The notes under the pieces are model-generated. The model worked only from the letters and a program-made list of their open reading frames with translations. It did not search any database and was not told the DNA's origin. A stretch of 64,000 nucleotides of DNA from assembly GCA_963555995.3 (NCBI GenBank), contig OY821641.1:1152001-1216000 (forward strand). Direction: 5' to 3'. Positions within the stretch are counted from its first letter, which is position 1. Every line of letters begins with the position of its first letter. This DNA is from Vicinamibacteria bacterium (GTDB lineage: Bacteria > Acidobacteriota > Vicinamibacteria > Marinacidobacterales > Marinacidobacteraceae). The translations under genes and the position numbers were made by a program. Below, piece by piece: positions 9,138 through 18,205 of this stretch.

Positions 9138-10243
9138 AGCCCGATCGCGCGGAGCCCCGCGTCCACGATCTCGGCGGGCAGGGGGAACGAATACGCGAGC
9201 CGTCCCCGGTCGTCCCGGTCGCGGACCCGGCCGATGTCCTCCAGCAGCACGAAGCGCGGCTCGCCGCCGCGCGCCTTCTTGTCGCTCCTCAGCGCCGCCA
9301 GGACGCGCCCGCGTTCCACCCCGTCCGGCGCCCGGACCGGAAGCCCGAGGGAGGCGATCAGCGAGTGCAGGCGATCTTCGGCCGCGGGCGCGAGGCGTCC
9401 CGCGCGGCGCGCCATCCGGCTCTCCGCGATCATGCCGACCGCCACCGCGGCGCCGTGCGCCAGGAGGTAGTCCGTCGCGCTCTCGAGGCCGTGTCCGATG
9501 GTGTGGCCGAAGTTGAGCACCTCGCGCAGCCCGCTCTCCCGTTCGTCGGCGGACACGACGGCGGCTTTGATCCGCACCGCGGCGGCGATGAGCCGGGTTA
9601 GCGGCCCGGACTCGCGGGCCTTCACGGCCCCGATGTCCTTCTCCAGGCGCGAGAAGAGTTCCGGATCGCTGGTGGCGGCCATCTTGAGCGCCTCGGCGAC
9701 GCCGTTCAGGAACTCCGGCTCGGGCAGGGTCTCGAGGAAGCGCGTGTCGGCGAAGACGGCGGTGGGCTGGCGGATCGCCCCGATGAGGTTCTTGCCGTGC
9801 GGCGTGTTGATCCCGGTCTTGCCGCCCACGGAGGCGTCCACCGCCGCGAGCAGGGTGGTGGGGATCGCCACGAACGGGACCCCGCGGAGGTAGGTGGCGG
9901 CCACGAAACCCGCGAGGTCGGTGACCACGCCGCCGCCGAACCCGACGAGCACGGTGTCGCGGCCCAGCCGGCGGGACAGCAGCTCGTCTTCGAGGCGCGC
10001 TTTCTCCGCCCGGGTCTTCGACGCCTCGCCGGACGGCACTTCGAGGACGATGGTTTCCCGGGGCAACGCGTCGCGCAGCCGGTCTCCGTGATGCCGGAGC
10101 GCCGCGGCGTCGCCGATTACCGCGACGCGGCGCCCCGCGTCGTGTTCTTCGAGAAACGCCGGAAGGCCGTCCAGCGCGCCATCCCCGACGGCGATCTCGT
10201 AGGAAACGTCCTGTCCCGGCGTCTCCACCGGAACCCGCAGCAT
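9134..10243 (-). CDS. aroB: 3-dehydroquinate synthase
   Basis: GGGVVTDLAGF, PTTLLAAVDASVGGKTG, LNFGHTIGH. Confidence 0.96.
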   Translation of the reverse strand: MLRVPVETPGQDVSYEIAVGDGALDGLPAFLEEHDAGRRVAVIGDAAALRHHGDRLRDALPRETIVLEVPSGEASKTRAEKARLEDELLSRRLGRDTVLVGFGGGVVTDLAGFVAATYLRGVPFVAIPTTLLAAVDASVGGKTGINTPHGKNLIGAIRQPTAVFADTRFLETLPEPEFLNGVAEALKMAATSDPELFSRLEKDIGAVKARESGPLTRLIAAAVRIKAAVVSADERESGLREVLNFGHTIGHGLESATDYLLAHGAAVAVGMIAESRMARRAGRLAPAAEDRLHSLIASLGLPVRAPDGVERGRVLAALRSDKKARGGEPRFVLLEDIGRVRDRDDRGRLAYSFPLPAEIVDAGLRAIGL

Positions 10244-11310
10244 CAGGTGGCGGGCGCCGCTCGATGCCGCAGCACACGCCTCCCGACGGCCATCCCCACC
10301 TTCCGCAGGTCATCCATGAGGTTCATGAACTGATGCGGATAGAGCGACTGGTCGCCGTCGCTGAGCGCCACCGCGGGATTGGGATGCACCTCGACGATGA
10401 GTCCGTCGGCGCCGGCCGCGACCGCCGCCAGTGACAGTGCCGGAACCAGCGTCTTGTTCCCGGCGGCGTGGCTCGGGTCGGCAATGACCGGGAGGTGGGT
10501 TTCCTGCTTCAGTACTGCGATCGCCCCCACGTCGAGGGTGTTGCGGTAGGCCGTCTCGAACGAGCGGATCCCGCGTTCGCAGAGGATGACGTTCGGGTTC
10601 CCCTGGAGGATGTACTCGGTGGCCAGCAGGAACTCGCGGATGGTGTTCGAGGCGCCGCGCTTCAGGATCACCGGCGTCTGGACGCGGGCCATCTCCTTGA
10701 GGAGGTCGAAGTTCTGCATGTTGCGGGCGCCGATCCGCACCACGTCCACGAGTTCGGCGGCGATCTCCACGTCCCGGACGTCCATCACCTCGGTCTCGAC
10801 CAGCATGCCGGTGCGCTGCCGGATGCGGTTCAGGATGTGAAGGCCGTCCACTCCGAGTCCCTGGAAGGAATACGGCGAGGTGCGCGGCTTGAACGCCGAG
10901 GCGCGCATGATCTCCAGCCCGATGTCCCGGAGCATCAGAGCCGCCGTGGTGCCCTGCTCCTCGCTCTCGAGGGCGCAGGGCCCCCCGATGACCACCAGGT
11001 CCTCGCTGCCGAGCTGCTGACTTCCGATGGGGATGCGGGTGTTCGACTTGCGATGGGTCTTGTTCGCGAGCTTGTAGGGCTTGGCGAGACCGTAGACCTG
11101 CTGGACGCCGGGCTGGGTGCGCCAGGAGGCCTCCGTTTCCTGCGAGAGGTTGCCGAACACATGAATCTGGTTCCGGACCTCGCCGGGATGGAGCGCCCAC
11201 TCGAGGGCCTTTTCCTCGATCAGGTGGGTCAGGTGGTCGATTTCCTGCCGCGTCGCCCATGGATGCAGGATGAGCACCATGGTCGCGAAGTCGGGAGAGC
11301 GTTTGGTCAT
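10243..11310 (-). CDS. aroF: DAHP synthase class I-beta with N-terminal regulatory (ferredoxin/ACT-like) domain
   Basis: GPCALE, KPRTSPYSFQG, IGARNMQNF, LCERGIR, DPSH, EVHP, SDG. Confidence 0.93.
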   Translation of the reverse strand: MTKRSPDFATMVLILHPWATRQEIDHLTHLIEEKALEWALHPGEVRNQIHVFGNLSQETEASWRTQPGVQQVYGLAKPYKLANKTHRKSNTRIPIGSQQLGSEDLVVIGGPCALESEEQGTTAALMLRDIGLEIMRASAFKPRTSPYSFQGLGVDGLHILNRIRQRTGMLVETEVMDVRDVEIAAELVDVVRIGARNMQNFDLLKEMARVQTPVILKRGASNTIREFLLATEYILQGNPNVILCERGIRSFETAYRNTLDVGAIAVLKQETHLPVIADPSHAAGNKTLVPALSLAAVAAGADGLIVEVHPNPAVALSDGDQSLYPHQFMNLMDDLRKVGMAVGRRVLRHRAAPAT

Positions 11311-11870
11311 GTCAGGTGGAGAAAGTTCTGGAGCAGTTGACGCCCCGCGGGGGTGAGAATGGATTCGGGATGGAACTGCACGCCCCAGAGCGGCGCGCTC
11401 CGGTGCCGCAGTCCCATGACCTCCTGGTCGTCGGAGCGAGCGGTCACCTCAAGCTCACTCGGGAGCGGCTCGTCGGCGACCAGCGAGTGATAGCGGGTGG
11501 CCTCGAAGGGATTTTCCAGCCCCGCGAACAGTTCCTCGCCATTATGGCGCACGGAGGAGGTCTTGCCGTGGACCAGGTGGTGCGCGCGCCGGATCCGGCC
11601 GCCGAGCGCCTGAACCACGGATTGGTGGCCGAGGCACACCCCCAGGATGGGGGTTTCGCCGGCGAGTTCCCGTACGAGGTCCACCGAGATGCCCGCTTTT
11701 TCGGGGGAACAGGGACCCGGGGAGATGACCACCCGCTCGGGCTTCCGTTCCCGGACCTCCCCCGGAGTCAGCGCATCGTTGCGAAACACCTCGGGCCGCG
11801 CCCCCAGTTCGCCCAGCAGTTGTACCAAGTTGAAAGTAAAGGAGTCGTAGTTATCGAGGACGAAAGTCAT
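11307..11870 (-). CDS. trpG: Anthranilate/aminodeoxychorismate synthase glutamine amidotransferase subunit
   Basis: DNYDSFTFNL, ISPGPCSP, GVCLGHQ, RYHSL, GVQFHPES; the credible start is MTFVLDNY at 11870. Confidence 0.93.
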   Translation of the reverse strand: MTFVLDNYDSFTFNLVQLLGELGARPEVFRNDALTPGEVRERKPERVVISPGPCSPEKAGISVDLVRELAGETPILGVCLGHQSVVQALGGRIRRAHHLVHGKTSSVRHNGEELFAGLENPFEATRYHSLVADEPLPSELEVTARSDDQEVMGLRHRSAPLWGVQFHPESILTPAGRQLLQNFLHLT

Positions 11871-12103
11871 GACGGATCGTCCTGCACCCGTTCGCGGCGC
11901 GTAGCGCCGCGGGGGTGGGGTGTGGGGAGGGGTTTCCCCTCCCCGCGAGAAAACGATGGGGCGCATCGCGGAGCGAAGCGCCCCATCGGCCCGGGGGGAA
12001 AGCGCCCCGCACTCCGACCACGTGGCAGCCTCGGTGTGTTCCCTGCGCGGCGTCCGGTGCGGGGCGGTTTCCGCTCGGGCTTGAAGTCGAGGACGAAGGT
12101 CAT
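11871..12103. repeat. Hairpin-rich inserted element plus relic duplicate of the trpG start (12086-12103)
   Basis: Modules GTGGGGAGGGGTTTCCCCTCCCC, CGCGGCGCGTAGCGCCGCG and GGAAAGCGCCCCGCAC are shared, inverted, with 22758-22880. The insertion is flanked by ATGACYTTCGTCCTCGAY at 12086-12103 and 11853-11870. Confidence 0.78.
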
Positions 12104-12111
12104 GGAGGCCG

Positions 12112-13602
12112 TCAGTCCAGGCCTTCGTGGGCCATGCGGAGGGCGGCGAGCACGGCGTCCGCCTTCCGGCAGCTCTCGTCGTACTCGGCGGCGGGATCGG
12201 AGTCCGCCACCACGCCGCCCCCGGCCTGGAAGTAGCCGACGCCGTCCTTGGCGATCAGGGTGCGGATCGCGATGGCGGTGTCGGAAGCGCCGCTGTACGA
12301 GAAGTAGCCCACCGCGCCGCCGTAGATGCCGCGGCGTTCCGTTTCCAGTTCGTCAATGATCTCCATGGCGCGGATCTTGGGGGCGCCGGAGAGCGTTCCG
12401 GCCGGGAAGGTGGCGCGGAGCGCGTCGAAGGCGTCCAGCTCGGCGCCGAGCTGTCCCCGCACCCGGGACACGATGTGCATCACGTGCGAGTACCGCTCGA
12501 TGCTCATGAAGTCCTCGACTTCGACTTGGCCGTAGCCGGCCACCCGCCCGACGTCGTTGCGGGCCAGGTCCACGAGCATCACGTGCTCGGCGCGCTCCTT
12601 CTCGTCGGCGAGCAGTTCGGCCCCGAGCGCCGCGTCTTCCTCGGGGGTACGGCCGCGAGGCCGGGTGCCCGCGATCGGACGGGTCTCGATCACCCCGTCC
12701 TCGGTCCGGGTCATCATCTCGGGCGACGCGCCGGCCACCACCAGCCCGTCGAAGTCGATGTAGTACATGTAGGGCGAGGGGTTCACCACCCGGAGCGCCC
12801 GGTAGAAGTCGAAGGGGTGGACGGTGAGCGGCGTCTCGAAGCGCTGGGAGGGCACGACCTGGATGATGTCCCCGGCGGCCACGTAGTCCTTGGCCCGGCG
12901 CACCATTTCGAGGTAGCGGTCCCGGCTCGTGTTGGAAGCCGGTTCGGGGAACGGCCCCGCGTCGCCTCCGGGCAGTCCCAGCCGATAGGGAAGCGGGGCG
13001 CGGATCTCCCGCACCGTCGCCTCGATCTGCGCCTCGGCGGCGTCGTAGGCCTGGTCGGCGAGGCTCGGGTCCGGAACGCTGGCGTTCGCCACCACCTGGA
13101 TCACGTTGCGGGCGCGGTCGAAGCCGAGCACGCTGTCGGTCAGCAGGAACATGGCGTCGGGAATGCCGAGCGAATCGTCCACGCTGTCCGGGAGGCGCTC
13201 GAAACGCCGTACCGCGTCGTAGGACAGATAGCCGACGAAGCCGCCGTGGAAGGGCGGCAGGCCCTCGACGTGCGCCGGGCGCACCTCGGCGAGCATGTCC
13301 CGCAGGGCCGACAGGGGGTCGGCGCTATCGCTGGTCTCGACGCGGCCGTCCTGCAGGTAACGGCGCCGGACCTCGTCGCCGCGGCTCTCGACGATGAGGC
13401 GCGGCTTCGACCCCAGGAACGAATACCTCGCCACGCTCTCGCCGCCCTCGACCGACTCCATCAGGAACGCCGGACCGCGATTCCCCACCCGGAGGAACGT
13501 GGAGACCGGGGTATCGCAGTCGGCGAGGATGTCCCGCCGGACGGGGATCAGGTTCGACTGCCGAGCGAGCGCGCGGAAGTCGGAGCGGGAAGGAAGCAGC
13601 AA
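12112..13602 (-). CDS. trpE: Anthranilate synthase component I
   Basis: FLMESVEGG, NPSPYMYY, PIAGTRPRG, KERAEHVMLVDLARND, FPAGTLSGAPKIRAM, QAGGGVVADS. Confidence 0.95.
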   Translation of the reverse strand: MLLPSRSDFRALARQSNLIPVRRDILADCDTPVSTFLRVGNRGPAFLMESVEGGESVARYSFLGSKPRLIVESRGDEVRRRYLQDGRVETSDSADPLSALRDMLAEVRPAHVEGLPPFHGGFVGYLSYDAVRRFERLPDSVDDSLGIPDAMFLLTDSVLGFDRARNVIQVVANASVPDPSLADQAYDAAEAQIEATVREIRAPLPYRLGLPGGDAGPFPEPASNTSRDRYLEMVRRAKDYVAAGDIIQVVPSQRFETPLTVHPFDFYRALRVVNPSPYMYYIDFDGLVVAGASPEMMTRTEDGVIETRPIAGTRPRGRTPEEDAALGAELLADEKERAEHVMLVDLARNDVGRVAGYGQVEVEDFMSIERYSHVMHIVSRVRGQLGAELDAFDALRATFPAGTLSGAPKIRAMEIIDELETERRGIYGGAVGYFSYSGASDTAIAIRTLIAKDGVGYFQAGGGVVADSDPAAEYDESCRKADAVLAALRMAHEGLD

Positions 13603-13692
13603 GGGTCCACCACGGATGGCGGGGCCATCTTAGTCGGGCGGCCGGCCGTTTCCGGCCGTGCGGGTCAAGCTGGCCGCACCGCCCGCGGGCCG

Positions 13693-15447
13693 TCAGGTCC
13701 GGGCGGAGGCGAGGGCGTCCACCCGGACCGCCACCACGTCGGTGTCGTGGTACTGCTGGTGCCGCACCGACGAGGCGTAGTGGCGGAGCAGCCGCAGCGG
13801 CAGCTCCTCTTCGCTCGGGGTGCCGGCGGCCCCTTCGGTCAGCATCGCCATCCGGTCCTCGAGATTCGCGTCCTCCATCGCCGCGATGAACTCGAGTTCC
13901 GCGCGGCCGGCGTCTCCTTCGGCGATGAGGAGCAGCCGTCGTTCCCCCCGCGCCTCCCCGGCGTCCCGGAGCAGCACGTGGAGGGTCTCCTCGCCGACGG
14001 CCCGGAGCTGGCGCACGGTGCGTTCGTCCCAGCGACGGTCGGCGGCGAGTCGCGAGAGGACCGCGTCCACCTCGGCGAAGGCGTCCTCGTTGAGGGCGGT
14101 CCGGAGCCGCAGGCGGCGCTTTCGTCCGAACTCGGCGACCAGGTTCAGGAACACCACCATGAAGCCGCCCACGGTCATGCCGTTTCCGAGCAGGTCGCTC
14201 CACGACCCCTGGAAGTATTCGGGGAAGATCCAGCCGAACTTGAACGCGACGCCGATCCAGAAAGCCAGTCCGACCACGAGGCTCCGGCGGGAGTCGAGGC
14301 CGTCCTGGAGGATGATCCTGACGCCCAGGACGAAGAGCAGGGCGACCAGGATCAGGTAGTACGCGGCGACCGTCGGTCCGGGAATCGCGATGATCGCGGC
14401 CACGAACTTCGGCAGCACGGCGAACAGCGCGAAGAGGACGCCCACGGCGATTCCCACCGAACGGGCGGCGATGCCGGTCAGCTCGGCGACCGCGACGCTG
14501 TTCCCGTAGGTGGTGTTCGGCACCGTGCCGGCGACGCCCGCCAGCAGGTTGCCGACTCCGTCGGCGTTCAGGGCGCCCTGGATGGACCGGAAATCGATCG
14601 CCCGCGGTTTCCTCCAGGAGACCCGCTGGATCGCGATTGCGTCGCCGAGGGTGTCCATGGCCCCGACGAGCGTCACGAGCACGAAGGCGGGAAGCAGCGC
14701 CCAGAACGTGGGGCCGAAGCTGAGATCGAGCCCCGGATACGCGAACGCCGGAAGCCCCACCCACGCAGCGGCCGCGATCCCCGAGGTGTCGTAGATGCCG
14801 AAAACCACGCCGCCCACCACGCATCCCGCGACGATGCCGACGGCCGGCGCCCACACCCGCCAGGCGCCGAAGGAACGGAGCGCAATACCGGCCGTGACCA
14901 GCAGGGTTACGGCGGCGACAACCGGGGCCGCGGCGGCCGAGGCGCCATCCGGTACGTCGGTGAGCTTGCGAATGATCAGCGGGGCCACGTCCACCGGGAT
15001 GAGCATCAGCACGGTCCCCGCGACCGTCGGCGTGAAGATGCGCCGCAGGAGAGACATCTTGGCCGCCAGCGCGAACTGGAACAGGGCCGCGACGATGATC
15101 AGGGTCCCGAGGAGTCCGGGGCCGCCCCGTTCGAGCGCGGAGACGCAGATGGCCAGGAACGCCGAAGAGGTGCCCATGACCAGGATGTACCCCGCCCCGA
15201 TGCGTCCCACCCGCCGGGCCTGGATCGCGGTGGTGATGCCGCTGATCAGCAGCGCCGCGCAGACGGCCCAGGAGAGATAGGCGTCGCTGCCCCCGGCGAT
15301 GCTGATCATGATGGTCGGCGCCAGCACCACGCTGGCCACCGAGATCAGCGCGTACTGGAGCCCGAGCCCGATGGTGATCGGCAGCGGGGGCCGGTCGTCG
15401 GCTTCGTAGCGAACGTGCTGCTCGGCGGGAGCCGCACCCGAATCCAT
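13693..15447 (-). CDS. NCS2 (xanthine/uracil/ascorbate) family permease with C-terminal degenerate RsbW/HATPase-like domain (paralog 1)
   Basis: VRYEADDRPP...GLQ start, ISGITTAIQ, FTPTVAGTVLMLI, GALNADGVG, ELTGIAAR, PKF; hydrophilic tail of about 140 aa. Confidence 0.82.
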   Translation of the reverse strand: MDSGAAPAEQHVRYEADDRPPLPITIGLGLQYALISVASVVLAPTIMISIAGGSDAYLSWAVCAALLISGITTAIQARRVGRIGAGYILVMGTSSAFLAICVSALERGGPGLLGTLIIVAALFQFALAAKMSLLRRIFTPTVAGTVLMLIPVDVAPLIIRKLTDVPDGASAAAAPVVAAVTLLVTAGIALRSFGAWRVWAPAVGIVAGCVVGGVVFGIYDTSGIAAAAWVGLPAFAYPGLDLSFGPTFWALLPAFVLVTLVGAMDTLGDAIAIQRVSWRKPRAIDFRSIQGALNADGVGNLLAGVAGTVPNTTYGNSVAVAELTGIAARSVGIAVGVLFALFAVLPKFVAAIIAIPGPTVAAYYLILVALLFVLGVRIILQDGLDSRRSLVVGLAFWIGVAFKFGWIFPEYFQGSWSDLLGNGMTVGGFMVVFLNLVAEFGRKRRLRLRTALNEDAFAEVDAVLSRLAADRRWDERTVRQLRAVGEETLHVLLRDAGEARGERRLLLIAEGDAGRAELEFIAAMEDANLEDRMAMLTEGAAGTPSEEELPLRLLRHYASSVRHQQYHDTDVVAVRVDALASART

Positions 15448-15514
15448 ACTCACGCGTGGTCCGTATCGAGTGTACCGGGACGCGCCGGACGCCCAGGCTC
15501 CTAAACTTCGGGAC

Positions 15515-16603
15515 ATGGACCTCGACGCGCTGCGCGCCGCCCTCGAAGCGGTGGACGGGGAAATCCTCGACGCCTGGGCGCGGCGGGACGCGATCACGAC
15601 CGCCATCGGCCGGCTGAAACAGTCCGCCGGGCAGGCGATCCACGATCCCGAACAGGAGGCGCGCGTCGTGGAGCGGGCCCGCGCCCAGGCCGCCAGGAGG
15701 GGCATCCCCGGAGACCTTGCCGCCGACCTCGTGGGTCTGCTCATGCACTCCGCGCTCGCCCGGCAGGAAGACGTCCGGGTGCGGGCGGAGGGGCGGGGGG
15801 CCGGCCGGCCCGCACTGGTCGTCGGGGGCGGCGGGAACATGGGCCGCTGGTTCTGCCGGTTCCTCACCGCCCAGGGCTACGAGGTCCGGGTGGCCGACCC
15901 CGCCGGAGGGCCGCCGGGCGTTGCCGCCGCCGCGGACTGGCGGGAGACCCCGGACGAGTTCGCGCTGACCGTGGTGGCGGCGCCGCTCCACATCAGCGCC
16001 GGCATGCTGGAGGGGATCGCCGCGGAGCGGCGGCGGGGCCTGATCTTCGATATCGGGTCGGTCAAGGCGCCGCTCGCGCCTGGACTTCGGGCGCTGGCCG
16101 AGAGCGGCTGCCGGGTCGCCTCGGTGCACCCCATGTTCGGGCCCGACGCCCACGTGCTCCACGGCTGCCACGTGCTGGTCATGGACGTGGGCCACCCTGA
16201 GGCCGCCGAGGAAGCGGCGGCCGTGTTCGGCGGCACGATGGCGGAGATCCTGCGAATGCCCCTGGCGGAGCACGATCCCCTGATCGCCTACGTGCTGGGG
16301 CTCTCCCACGCGCTCAACCTGGCCTTTCTGACCGCGCTTCAGGAGAGCGGAGAGCAGGCGCCCCGCCTCGCCCGCCTGTCGAGCGTGACGTTCGACCGGC
16401 AGTTGCGGGTGGCGGCGGCGGTGGCGCGGGAGAACCCGCACCTCTACTACGAGATCCAGCAGCGGAACCCGCACGGGCCGGCGGCCATCCATAGCCTTGC
16501 CGCCGCCGTTTCCCGCCTCGCGGCCGTGATCCACGACGACGACGAGGAGGCCTTCGTCCGGCTCATGCAGGCTGGCCGGCGCTACGTCTCGGGCCGCGGT
16601 TAG
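15515..16603 (+). CDS. tyrA: Bifunctional chorismate mutase / prephenate dehydrogenase
   Basis: N-terminal AroQ mutase (LDALRAALEAVDGEI...DPEQE), VVGGGGNMG, DIGSVK, SVHPMFGP, EHDPLIAYVLGLSH. Confidence 0.9.
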   Translation: MDLDALRAALEAVDGEILDAWARRDAITTAIGRLKQSAGQAIHDPEQEARVVERARAQAARRGIPGDLAADLVGLLMHSALARQEDVRVRAEGRGAGRPALVVGGGGNMGRWFCRFLTAQGYEVRVADPAGGPPGVAAAADWRETPDEFALTVVAAPLHISAGMLEGIAAERRRGLIFDIGSVKAPLAPGLRALAESGCRVASVHPMFGPDAHVLHGCHVLVMDVGHPEAAEEAAAVFGGTMAEILRMPLAEHDPLIAYVLGLSHALNLAFLTALQESGEQAPRLARLSSVTFDRQLRVAAAVARENPHLYYEIQQRNPHGPAAIHSLAAAVSRLAAVIHDDDEEAFVRLMQAGRRYVSGRG

Positions 16604-16659
16604 CCGTTTTTCCCTCCGCCTCAGAGCCTTGGTGGAGTCCGTGTGCGCGCCTTGAAGCT

Positions 16660-16721
16660 GGGTGGGTTCGCGCCGTGCGCGGCGCGGAGCGCCGCGGTGC
16701 CGGTCTGGAGACCGGCGTTCC
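16660..16721 (-). repeat. REP plus GCGCGGCGC hairpin module (same unit as 35365, 35486, 52512)
   Basis: Reverse complement GGAACGCCGGTCTCCAGACCGGCACCGCGGCGCTCCGCGCCGCGCACG, directly after the stop of the minus-strand gene. Confidence 0.8.
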
Positions 16722-18146
16722 CTACGACCTGCCGAGCAGGTCCCGGAGCGTGCTGATCGCGCGCACCGCCTCCGCCCCGGAGGCGAACGCTCGCGGCTGG
16801 AACGCGCCCGCGTCCGAGACCCGCAGCAGACCGAGTTGCGCCGCGACCGCGACCGCTTCCCGGTAACGGTGGTCGGGGGGCACGTCGCTCAGGTCGAGCC
16901 GCGCGGAGTCTTCCGCGGCGGCCCGGAGAGCCGCCGGGTCGAACTTCCCGAACACCGCCGCCAGTGATTCCGCGAGTTCGGCGCGGGTCACGAGGGCCTG
17001 CGGTTTGAAGGTGTGGTCGGGGAACAGGCGGAGATAGCCCGCGCCGACCGCCGTCTGGATCAGGCTCGCCGCCCAGCTCCGTTCGAGATCAATGGCGATC
17101 ACCGGGTCCGTGTTGCGGTCGTCGTCCGGTTCTCCGATCTCGGCCGCGAGCAGCGCGGCGAGCTGTTCGCGGGTGACGCGCTCCGCTTCCCGGATCGTGG
17201 CGTAACGCTCCGAGAGTCTCGCGACCTCGAGGCGGCGCTCCAGCCCGGCGGCCCGGTCCACGAGGTCCGCGAAGCCGTGCAGCGCGGGGTCCCGCAGGAT
17301 CCCGTCGAGACGCGTCAGGCTCTCGGTGAAGCGGCGCCCGTCGGCCAGCAACTCGGCGGCGGCCAACCCGGAGAGCAGCGCCTGGCGCCGGTTCGCCGCC
17401 GGGTTCGCGGCGACGGTCTCGAACCAATGGCGCGCGCTCGCCCGGTCTCCGGCGGCGAGGGCCGCCTCGGCCGCTTCGAGGAACAGGTCCGCCGAGTCGG
17501 GCATCGCTTCCAGCGCCGCCCGGTACGCCTCCGCGACCGACGGACCCGATTCGCCGGCGCGCGCCCGTTCCCGGGCGAGCGAGAGCCGGTTCTCCGCCAC
17601 CTCGAGCGCGAGTCCCGGCAACCGCTCCGACACCACGGAAGCGTCCGGATCGAGCTCCGACAGGCGCTTCAGTTTGGTGAAGAGCAGTTCCTGGTCCTCG
17701 ATGTCCAGAACCAGGAGCAGGTCCCCGAGCGACGCCAGGACGTCGTCGGGCGCCGCCGCGAGAGCCCGCTCGAAGAGTTCCCCGGCCCCCGGCCGGTCTC
17801 CGCTCCGGAGGGCGAGGAAGCCGGCCGCCGCGAGGACCCCGGGATCGCCGGAGGCGAGGGTCCGGAGCGGCGCGAGCCGCAGGTCGGCTTCGCCGAGGCG
17901 TCCCGCCACGATGAGCGCCCAGCTCTCCCCCAGATCCCGCGCCGCTCCCTCGGTCAGATCCGGGCCCGGAACCGGCGCCCGGTCCTCCACGTACGCCCAT
18001 TCGTCCAGGGGAACCAACGGGATCTCGGGTGGAGGCGTGCTGGCGCAGCCCGCGCCCAGGCACAGCGAGCCGATCCAGCGCGCGGCGCGACCGAGCGCCC
18101 GGCCCCCGGATTTGGCTACCCGCAACACGCCGCCGAGTCTATCCAT
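16722..18146 (-). CDS. TPR-repeat lipoprotein with C-terminal S-layer homology (SLH) domains
   Basis: Lipobox-like LGAGC, TPR-like helices, SLH-like SWAASLIQTAVGAGYLRLFPDHTFKPQALVTRAE and SDVPPDHRYREAVAVAAQLGLL...FQP. Start codon uncertain. Confidence 0.75.
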   Translation of the reverse strand: MDRLGGVLRVAKSGGRALGRAARWIGSLCLGAGCASTPPPEIPLVPLDEWAYVEDRAPVPGPDLTEGAARDLGESWALIVAGRLGEADLRLAPLRTLASGDPGVLAAAGFLALRSGDRPGAGELFERALAAAPDDVLASLGDLLLVLDIEDQELLFTKLKRLSELDPDASVVSERLPGLALEVAENRLSLARERARAGESGPSVAEAYRAALEAMPDSADLFLEAAEAALAAGDRASARHWFETVAANPAANRRQALLSGLAAAELLADGRRFTESLTRLDGILRDPALHGFADLVDRAAGLERRLEVARLSERYATIREAERVTREQLAALLAAEIGEPDDDRNTDPVIAIDLERSWAASLIQTAVGAGYLRLFPDHTFKPQALVTRAELAESLAAVFGKFDPAALRAAAEDSARLDLSDVPPDHRYREAVAVAAQLGLLRVSDAGAFQPRAFASGAEAVRAISTLRDLLGRS

Positions 18147-18205
18147 CCGGTGGCTCGGCGGGCACCCCCGAGCGGCGCTCTCGGGGACAAAACTAGAATG
18201 CGCCG

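Noticed and set aside
7809-10313. 834-aa ORF suggesting an AroB-AroA fusion (full AROM)
   Set aside because: aroB is in a different frame and has its own TGA at 9134-9136; the N-terminal part of the long ORF is a shadow frame. aroA also ends with TAA.
13603-13692. trp attenuator or leader peptide upstream of trpE
   Set aside because: The 90-bp gap has no Trp-rich short ORF, T-box or U-tailed terminator.
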